From: Capsulimonadaceae bacterium
GTDB taxonomy: Bacteria > Armatimonadota > Armatimonadia > Armatimonadales > Capsulimonadaceae
Direction: 5' to 3'
DNA length: 64,000 nucleotides
Assembly (NCBI GenBank): GCA_965215505.1
Contig: OZ244065.1
Location: forward strand, 5,216,001-5,280,000
In this document: positions 57,095 through 64,000 of the stretch, in pieces
Layout: every line of letters starts with the position of its first letter
Position numbering within the stretch: the first letter of the stretch is position 1
Notes under the pieces: generated by a model
The model's database searches: none
What the model was told of the DNA's origin: nothing
Seen by the model: the letters and a program-made list of their open reading frames with translations, nothing else
Translations under genes and position numbers: made by a program

Positions 57095-59224
57095 ATGCCG
57101 CCGTCCCGTCCGCACACCTGGGTTAGAACGGGTGTTACCCTCACGCTCGCGTTCCACGCCTGCTATGCCGCCTGGCTCCTGATGCCGCTGCCCAGACACG
57201 TCCTCCTCCTCGGTGACGACGCGCTGGAAACGGCGGGTGCCCTGCTCGCGACCCTGTTCTGCTTCTGCGGCGGACTTTGGAAGTCGAGAACACAGGGGCA
57301 GCCGCGCCGGATTGCTTTGTTCTGCGGCCTGGGCCTGTTCTGTTACGCCTTCCAGCAGGTGTACATCATTTACCCGGACTTCGCGCACCGCCGCGCCCCG
57401 GTTTCGCGCCTGACTGCCGACGTGGTTTCCCTCGCCACTTATCCGCTCCTGCTGCTCGGGATCTGGCGGCTGCCCCGGCGGCCACTCTCCTTGTCCTCAC
57501 ACCTGCGTATCTCACTCGACGGACTGATGATCATCACCGCCGCCCTGACCTTCAGCTGGTATTTCTTGATGGGGCCTGCGGTGCTGATGGGGCATCAGAA
57601 TCTGGAAGGGAAAATCATCAGCGTCGCCTACCCACTGGCGGACCTGCTGCTCATCGCCTGTCTCCTGCTCCTCGGGGACGGCATGAAAAGCCTGCGCCCC
57701 GTGGTGACCCTGTTCTCGGCGGGCCTCCTCAGCGTGGTCACGTCGGACTGCGTCTTCGGCTACCGCCTGCTGCACGGCCTGTGGCAAAACGGCTCGCTGC
57801 TGGACATCGGCTGGTCGCTCGGCTTTATGCCCATCGGAGCGGCCGCCGCCGCCGCCCAGAGAATGCCGGCTGAGGCCGCCGAGGAAGGGCCGGAATACGC
57901 GCCCGCCCTCTGGAAGTCGCTCCTCCCTTATGCGATCCTGCCATGCGTGGCCGTCCTCATCCTCTACACGCAGCACGCGCCGGGGCGCGCGCTGCTGCGC
58001 CACGGCGTCCTGTGGGGCGGGCTGGCCCTGGTCGGCCTGGTCCTCGCACGCCAGGTGCTGGCGATCTTGGAGAACCGGGAGTTGAACGGGCGGCTCCAGT
58101 CGCTGGCGACGACGGACCCGCTGACCGGCCTAGTCAACCACCGCGTTTTCCACAAGCGTCTGGCCGAAGAGGCCGAGCGCGCACGCCTGGAGGGCCGGCC
58201 CGTCGCCGTGGTGGTGCTTGACTTAGACAACTTTAAGTTCTTCAACGACGCATACGGCCACGCCGTCGGGGACGATGTCCTGCGCCGCGTCGCCGCCGCC
58301 CTCACGGCTTGTACTCGTTCTTATGACACAGTCGCACGCTTCGGAGGGGATGAGTTCGCCCTGGTGATGCCGCAAGGGCAGGGGGGGGAGAGATCGGTTT
58401 CCGCTCAGGAGCTGCACGCACACATCGCGGAGCGGCTGGGGGACCTTTCCTACCTGCCGTTGGGCGGCGAGACGCCGATCCCCCTGACGGTGTCGCTCGG
58501 GATCGCGCTCTTCCCCGATGACGCCGACACGCACTTTGAAGCCCTCGAGATCGCCGACACGCGCCTGCGACACTCCAAGACCGGCGCGACGGACCGGCCC
58601 GTGGACGCCCTCTGCCGGGACCTGACTCACTCCGTCACCGGGTTCGCCATGCTCAACGCGCTCGTCACGGCGGTGGACAACAAAGACCGGTACACACGCC
58701 GTCACTCCGAGGACGTTCTGGCTCACAGCCTCCTGATCGCTGATCAGTTGGGGCTGGATGCGGAAACAAGGCACACGCTCCAGGTCGCCGCCCTGCTGCA
58801 CGATGTCGGCAAGATCGGCGTCCCCGACGCGGTCCTGCGGAAGCCTGGGAGGCTCAACGAGGAGGAGTACGAGGCTATCCGGCAGCACCCTATGATGGGC
58901 GCAGTGATCGTCGGGGCCGTGCCCGGATTCGAGTACACGCTGGACGTGGTACGGCACCACCACGAGCGCTGGGACGGCATGGGCTACCCCTTCGGCCTGC
59001 ATGGCGAGGAGACGCCGCTCCTCGCCCGCCTGGTCGCGGTCGCCGACGCCTTCTCGGCTATGACCATGGACCGCCCCTATCGGAAAGGGATGGACCGGGA
59101 GAAGGCACTCTCCGTGCTGGAAACAGGGGCTGGGACACAGTGGGACCCCAATTGTGTCCGGGCACTGTTGCACTGCCATCGCTCGGCGGAAGACAGGCTG
59201 GAGCCGGTGGCGCGCGCCGCCTGA
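57095..59224 (+). CDS. Membrane-bound diguanylate cyclase / HD-GYP phosphodiesterase
   Basis: Multi-TM N-terminus; RSYD I-site and RFGGDEF; LLHDVGK and HHERWDGMGYP. Confidence 0.93.
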   Translation: MPPSRPHTWVRTGVTLTLAFHACYAAWLLMPLPRHVLLLGDDALETAGALLATLFCFCGGLWKSRTQGQPRRIALFCGLGLFCYAFQQVYIIYPDFAHRRAPVSRLTADVVSLATYPLLLLGIWRLPRRPLSLSSHLRISLDGLMIITAALTFSWYFLMGPAVLMGHQNLEGKIISVAYPLADLLLIACLLLLGDGMKSLRPVVTLFSAGLLSVVTSDCVFGYRLLHGLWQNGSLLDIGWSLGFMPIGAAAAAAQRMPAEAAEEGPEYAPALWKSLLPYAILPCVAVLILYTQHAPGRALLRHGVLWGGLALVGLVLARQVLAILENRELNGRLQSLATTDPLTGLVNHRVFHKRLAEEAERARLEGRPVAVVVLDLDNFKFFNDAYGHAVGDDVLRRVAAALTACTRSYDTVARFGGDEFALVMPQGQGGERSVSAQELHAHIAERLGDLSYLPLGGETPIPLTVSLGIALFPDDADTHFEALEIADTRLRHSKTGATDRPVDALCRDLTHSVTGFAMLNALVTAVDNKDRYTRRHSEDVLAHSLLIADQLGLDAETRHTLQVAALLHDVGKIGVPDAVLRKPGRLNEEEYEAIRQHPMMGAVIVGAVPGFEYTLDVVRHHHERWDGMGYPFGLHGEETPLLARLVAVADAFSAMTMDRPYRKGMDREKALSVLETGAGTQWDPNCVRALLHCHRSAEDRLEPVARAA

Positions 59225-59268
59225 CTCCCAAAAAAATAATTTTCAGCAGGCAGGCAGAAATACCGGAT

Positions 59269-59285
59269 TTGGCATGCTTTGTGCA
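59269..59285 (+). promoter_or_regulatory. Putative sigma-54 promoter
   Basis: TTGGCATGCTTTGTGCA = GG-N10-GC, about 50 nt upstream of a PEP-CTERM gene. Confidence 0.55.
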
Positions 59286-59336
59286 GTGTTGGAAAGTGAG
59301 CTGATGTTGGGCTGATCACACCACAGGAGAGTTAGA

Positions 59337-60143
59337 ATGATCAACACGAAGCGCACTTCTACCCTCGCCGCAGCCGCCTTGGGCCTGCTGTGTTTTGCCC
59401 TGCCCCCCGCACGGGCCGCCGGCCCCGTGATCTACGGCGGCGGCGCGGGTGCCACCGATCCGACGGCGGGACCCGGCCAGGCGCACCCCAACACGGACGC
59501 CGCCCGCGGCCAGTTCGATGCCGCCGCCTCCGGCTTCGGCACACTGACCCAACTCACGTTCGAGCCGGTGGCGCTTAACGCCACGAACTTCACGACCAAC
59601 GGAGTCACCATCACCGGGGCCAACAATGCCGGCGGCGTCTCCAATTCAAGCAGCACGATCACCGGCTTCAACACCACGGCGGGCGGCTCGAAGTTCCTAC
59701 AGCTGTTTGCCAACAACTCCTCGGCTGCCGTAACGGAGACGTTCACCTTCAGCAATGCCAGCCCAATCACGGCCTTCGGCGCGACCTTCACCGGCGTCGG
59801 CACAGCCTCCGGCTCCACGCTGATCACGTTCAACGATGGCACAACCCAATCCGTAAATCTGCTCGGAAGCTCGCTGGGCGGCACCCTCTTCTTTGGCTTT
59901 ACCGATGCGAACCCCGCTACGTCCATCAAGTCGGTGACGCTGGGCGTCTATCCGGTCAATGGCGGCACCATTGGCGACATCATCGGCGTAGACGACGTGC
60001 TGCTCTATAACGGCGTGCCCAGTACGCCGACGATCGGGGCCGTGCCGGAGCCGTCCGAAACCGCCACGCTGGCGCTCGGCGGCGTCATGCTCGGCGGCCT
60101 GGTCCTGCTGGCCCGCAAGCGCCGCACGGCGCGTGCCTTCTGA
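59337..60143 (+). CDS. PEP-CTERM sorting-domain surface protein
   Basis: Signal peptide; Thr/Ser/Gly/Asn-rich body; AVPEPSE + TM + RKRR. Confidence 0.95.
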   Translation: MINTKRTSTLAAAALGLLCFALPPARAAGPVIYGGGAGATDPTAGPGQAHPNTDAARGQFDAAASGFGTLTQLTFEPVALNATNFTTNGVTITGANNAGGVSNSSSTITGFNTTAGGSKFLQLFANNSSAAVTETFTFSNASPITAFGATFTGVGTASGSTLITFNDGTTQSVNLLGSSLGGTLFFGFTDANPATSIKSVTLGVYPVNGGTIGDIIGVDDVLLYNGVPSTPTIGAVPEPSETATLALGGVMLGGLVLLARKRRTARAF

Positions 60144-60167
60144 GACGCGACCCGCCCAAAAACGAGG

Positions 60168-60198
60168 AGGCCCCGGCGCGTTGCGCCGGGGCCTTTTC
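60168..60198. terminator. Intrinsic terminator between convergent genes
   Basis: AGGCCCCGGCGC-GTT-GCGCCGGGGCCT-TTTC. Confidence 0.85.
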
Positions 60199-60208
60199 TG
60201 ACTGCGTC

Positions 60209-61666
60209 TCACACCCGCTCCACCAGCCCCAGCCCGGCGTCTATCAACTCCTGCACCTTTGCCTGCGTGGACGACTCGGCGTAGACGCGCACCACGGGTT
60301 CAGTCCCCGACGCTCTGAGGAGCAGCCAAGCGTCGTTCTCGAACAGGAACTTGGTGCCGTCCGTCCGGTCTATCTTCAGCACCTTCAGCCCGGCGATCTC
60401 GTCCGGGTTGTCCTCTTTGAGCGACTGGACGACGGCGGGCATCTTGGCCGGGTCCGGGTGCAGGTCCACGCGCTGGTACTCGTGCGGGCCGAACTCCGCC
60501 ATCAACTCGGCGATCTGCTCCTCCAGCCGCTTCTTCCGGGTCGCCATCGTTTCCAGCAGCAGCAGGGACATCAGGGGGCCGTCGCGCTCCGGGATAAAAC
60601 CCTGGACGCCGATGCCCCCGGACTCCTCGCCGCCGATCAGCACGTCCTCTTTCAGCATCCAGTCGCAGATGTTCTTGAAGCCGATGGGGACGACGTGCAG
60701 GGCCAGCCCGTACTTGGCGCACAGCTTGTCGATCAGCGTGGTCGTCGAAACCGTCTTGACGACGCTCCCGTGCTGGCCCTTGTCCTCGTAAAGATGCCGC
60801 AGGAGGAGGGCAAAGATGCGGTGGCTGTCCACGAAATTGCCGTCCGCATCCATCGCGCCCACCCGGTCGGCGTCGCCGTCAACCGCCAGCCCTATGTCGG
60901 CCCGGCTCGCCAGAACGGCCTCCTTGAGCGGGCCGAGGTTCTGCGCAATGGGTTCCGGATTGATGCCGCCGAAGAACGGGTTCCGGTCCCGGCAAATCTC
61001 CTCGATCTCAACCCCCGCGCCGCGCAGGATGTCCGAAAGGTAGCCGCTTCCGCTGCCGTGCATCGGGTCGGCTACGATCTTGAACCCGCCGCCGGCGATC
61101 TTCTCCAGGTCCACCATCCCGCGCAGACCGTCGAAGTAGGCGGGACGCAGGTCCCGCGTCTCGACTTTGCCCGCCGCGTCGGAGGCCACATCCACGGTAA
61201 ACCGCCCCTTGTCAAGCAGCGCGTTCAGCTCCTTGACGATCTCATCCACCATGCTCGGCAGGGCCGACCCGCCGTAGCCGGCCTTGATCTTCAGCCCGTT
61301 GAATTGCGGCGGGTTGTGCGAGGCGGTGATCATGATCCCGCCCTTGGCGTTCGCCTTGTGCGCGTTGTAGGAAATGGAAGGCGAGGAGCAGGACTGAGCC
61401 GACAGCACCGCCTTCAGCCCAGAGTTCGCGGCCACCTTCGCGGCCTCGACGGCAAAATACTCCGACTGCGAGCGGTTGTCGTAGCCGACAAACAGAACCG
61501 GCTCGCCAGGGACATCGGGCCGCAGGAAGTAGTTGACGACGGCCTGCGAAACCAGCCGGACGTTCGCGCCGGTGAAATTGTCGGCGATGATGCCGCGCCA
61601 GCCGTCGGTCCCGAACGAAATCTGCTGCCGGAGCGCCGCCGCCTGCTGGTCCTGTTCTTCGGTCAT
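60209..61666 (-). CDS. Phosphoglucomutase/phosphomannomutase
   Basis: FGTDGWRG, ITASHNP, DGDADR, GGEESGG, RASGTEP. Confidence 0.95.
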   Translation of the reverse strand: MTEEQDQQAAALRQQISFGTDGWRGIIADNFTGANVRLVSQAVVNYFLRPDVPGEPVLFVGYDNRSQSEYFAVEAAKVAANSGLKAVLSAQSCSSPSISYNAHKANAKGGIMITASHNPPQFNGLKIKAGYGGSALPSMVDEIVKELNALLDKGRFTVDVASDAAGKVETRDLRPAYFDGLRGMVDLEKIAGGGFKIVADPMHGSGSGYLSDILRGAGVEIEEICRDRNPFFGGINPEPIAQNLGPLKEAVLASRADIGLAVDGDADRVGAMDADGNFVDSHRIFALLLRHLYEDKGQHGSVVKTVSTTTLIDKLCAKYGLALHVVPIGFKNICDWMLKEDVLIGGEESGGIGVQGFIPERDGPLMSLLLLETMATRKKRLEEQIAELMAEFGPHEYQRVDLHPDPAKMPAVVQSLKEDNPDEIAGLKVLKIDRTDGTKFLFENDAWLLLRASGTEPVVRVYAESSTQAKVQELIDAGLGLVERV

Positions 61667-61693
61667 TGCTGTGTGATCTCTCTTGAAGCGTTT

Positions 61694-62794
61694 CTATTCC
61701 AATGTTTGCAGCGCCTGATGCGCCAGATGAACGGACAGCACCGACTCGGCCCCCTGGTTGACGTTCAGGCCGTGTTCCGTGAGGGCGTCCGCCACCCCGC
61801 CCGTTTTGGAGTCGTACACCGGCAGGGCATGGAGGTTTTTGCCCTCGTACCAGCCGAAGGCATCCCAGGCTGCCTGCCGGAAACGGGCTTCGCCGGTCGC
61901 GTGCCAGGCCTCGACGCAGCACTCCACCAGCGCGCCCGCGTCCACCGGCTGCTGGTCGAAGCGCGCGGGCGACTCATCGGTCCGCAGGAACCAGCCGCGC
62001 GTGGTCAGGCGCGCGTTTCCCACCGGGTCGTGCCCGCCCTGGGCATTGCGCGTCTTCTTCAGCAGGAAGTCCAGCGACTCGGCGGCGATCCGCGCATACC
62101 TCGGCTCTCCGGGGAAGAGGCGCGCAGCGGCGAAGAGGGCCTGGGGCAATCGGGCGTTGCAGTACGTCATGCCTTCTTCAAACCAGTGCCACGCCGCATC
62201 CGCATTTGTCTCATAAGAAGCGACAAGGACGTCCGCCGCCTCTTTGATACGCGCATCATCGAGCCGGGCGGCGGCCAGGCCCAGGATGACGAAGGCGTGG
62301 GCGCGCAGATACCACGGGTTCAGCCCACTGATGGCGGGCAGCGAGCGGCGCAGCAGCGTCTCGGCCACAGGACGCGGCGCGAACGGTGCATCCACAGCAT
62401 GGGCGACTCCCAAGCCCCAAAAGGTGCGACCGAACGAGTCGTCGCTCCCGACCGAGTCCAGCCAGCGGCCGTTCGCATCACAGAAATTGTGGTAGCGGCC
62501 CGCACCCCCGCCCTCCACGATGGCCGCTTTCTCAATAAACCGGAAGCAGGCCCGCGCCAACCGCTCGGAGAACAGCGGCTCGACGCCCTGCTCCCAGTAA
62601 CGCAGCCCGACGATCAGGCCGCGCGCCTCGTCGTCAATGGAATACCCGTGGCGCTCGTGGGGGCGGCACCCCTCCGCGTGCTGCCACAGGCCGATGTCGG
62701 TCAGCAGGCAGTCCAAGTGCCCGAAGTTCGGTGGGGCCGCATCCCGCTCCGGTGCGGGCTGCGGGCGACTCACTCGGTCAAACTGCATTGTCAT
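61694..62794 (-). CDS. Six-hairpin glycosidase-like partner of a GT4 glycosyltransferase
   Basis: GLWQHA, GYSIDDEAR, WHWFEE..TY.NARLPQAL, FDQQP, NQGAES. Confidence 0.75.
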   Translation of the reverse strand: MTMQFDRVSRPQPAPERDAAPPNFGHLDCLLTDIGLWQHAEGCRPHERHGYSIDDEARGLIVGLRYWEQGVEPLFSERLARACFRFIEKAAIVEGGGAGRYHNFCDANGRWLDSVGSDDSFGRTFWGLGVAHAVDAPFAPRPVAETLLRRSLPAISGLNPWYLRAHAFVILGLAAARLDDARIKEAADVLVASYETNADAAWHWFEEGMTYCNARLPQALFAAARLFPGEPRYARIAAESLDFLLKKTRNAQGGHDPVGNARLTTRGWFLRTDESPARFDQQPVDAGALVECCVEAWHATGEARFRQAAWDAFGWYEGKNLHALPVYDSKTGGVADALTEHGLNVNQGAESVLSVHLAHQALQTLE

Positions 62795-62822
62795 GGCACG
62801 TCTCCTTGGGCCTTCCCCTGTT

Positions 62823-64000
62823 CTATCCGGCCGCCGTCACGACGACCGGGGCGGGTGCCCACACTTCGCCCTCGCGGACCATCTCGCTCAGGCCGGGGAT
62901 CGCGATCGCATCCATCGCCGCCCGGTGATTGACCCATCTCTCATCCAGCATCTCCGTGAACAGTTTGGTGTACTGGATGCCGACCGACTGCCACGTCATG
63001 GAGCGGCCGTACTCATACGCCTTGCGGCGCGTCTCCTCGTAAAGCCTGTCGTCGGTCAGCAGGTGCCCGATGATCTCGGACAGCCTCGCCGAGTCCCGGA
63101 AGGGGTACAGGAAGCCGCGCCCCTCGGCCAGCAGCTCCTCGGCGTACAGGTAGGGCGTCGAGACGATCACCTTCCCCGTCACCATCGCATAGGCCAGCGT
63201 CCCCGAGGTGATCTGGTGCGGGTTGGCGTAGTACGGCGTGATGTAGATGTCGGTCGCCAGCAGATAGTCTATCAGCTCCTGGAGCGTCAGGTACTTGTCC
63301 ACAAACTTGACGTTCCGGGTCAGCCCCAGCTCCTCCACCTGCTTGACCAGGCCCTCGCGATACCACTCGCCCTCTTTGCGCTTGACGACGGGGTGCGTCT
63401 GTCCCAGGACCAGGTAAGTGGCCTGCGGCTCCTTCTCGACGACCGCCGGCATGGCGGCGATGGCGTCCTCGATCCCCTTGTTCGGCGAGATCAGGCCGAA
63501 CGTGGACAGGATGCGGCGGCCCTCCAGCCCGAGCTTCGCCTTGGCGGCGTTCTCGGCGTGGAAGGGCGCGTTGGGTGCCCCGTGCGGAATGAAGCGGATC
63601 TTGCTCGGCGCGATGCCGTAGACCTCTTGTAGCAGCTCGACGGCCTTGTGCGCCATGACGACGAAGCAGGAGACGTGGGCCTCCATGTCCTTCAGGATGC
63701 GGCGCTGAGGCTCCGAAGGGGAGGGAAGGACCGTGTGCAGGGTGACCGCGACCGGCATGGTGACGGCGCGGATCAGGTCCAGGACGTACTCCCCATGGTC
63801 GCCGCCGAAGATGCCATACTCGTGCTGCACCGAAAGCAGGCTGACGCGGTGTTTGTCCAGCAGCTTGGCGGCGCGCGTGTAGTCCGACCGGTTCTCCTTC
63901 TCGATGGTGTAGACGACCTTGCTGTCTGGGTGCGGCTCGGACGGCGCGGCGTCGTCCACCGCGAACACGATGGACCGCCAGCCGGACAGGTCCGTGGAGT
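62823..64000 (-). CDS. Glycosyltransferase family 4 (5'-truncated by window edge)
   Basis: QHEYGIFGG, TFGLISPNKGIE, GQTHP, QITSGTLAYA, VSTPY. Confidence 0.92.
   Translation of the reverse strand, partial: STDLSGWRSIVFAVDDAAPSEPHPDSKVVYTIEKENRSDYTRAAKLLDKHRVSLLSVQHEYGIFGGDHGEYVLDLIRAVTMPVAVTLHTVLPSPSEPQRRILKDMEAHVSCFVVMAHKAVELLQEVYGIAPSKIRFIPHGAPNAPFHAENAAKAKLGLEGRRILSTFGLISPNKGIEDAIAAMPAVVEKEPQATYLVLGQTHPVVKRKEGEWYREGLVKQVEELGLTRNVKFVDKYLTLQELIDYLLATDIYITPYYANPHQITSGTLAYAMVTGKVIVSTPYLYAEELLAEGRGFLYPFRDSARLSEIIGHLLTDDRLYEETRRKAYEYGRSMTWQSVGIQYTKLFTEMLDERWVNHRAAMDAIAIPGLSEMVREGEVWAPAPVVVTAAG

Overview
GC-rich bacterial chromosomal segment. The gene content (PEP-CTERM protein, tmk-darA-holB, ycf45/R3H ATPase, outer-membrane barrel) suggests Armatimonadota; this is an inference. 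Core content: the first half of an F-type ATP synthase operon (atpZ-I-B-E-F-H-A, terminated without atpG/D/C), fhs, tmk-darA-holB, fliA, hemL, a phosphomannomutase, tRNA-Arg(CCT) and tRNA-Ser(CGA). Accessory or unusual content: (1) a VapBC-like toxin-antitoxin pair whose PIN toxin is cleanly split by an IS630 element (TA duplication, 26-bp TIRs, A8 frameshift site); (2) a low-GC ~1334-aa SMEK-TPR-GreA/B-C-PIN candidate defence protein next to an HNH nuclease; (3) a tandem active S41 protease plus a paralog lacking both catalytic residues, followed by a LysM/G5 protein; (4) two families of REP-like inverted doublets, one pair enclosing a whole passenger ORF; (5) a methyltransferase / FAD oxidoreductase / SRPBCC cyclase / ketosynthase operon behind hemL that looks like a small uncharacterised biosynthetic cluster; (6) an output-less multi-GAF protein beside an anti-sigma kinase; (7) a blasticidin-S-deaminase-like gene; (8) several small ORFs missing from the ORF track. 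Family assignments come from motif recognition by eye; no database searches were run.
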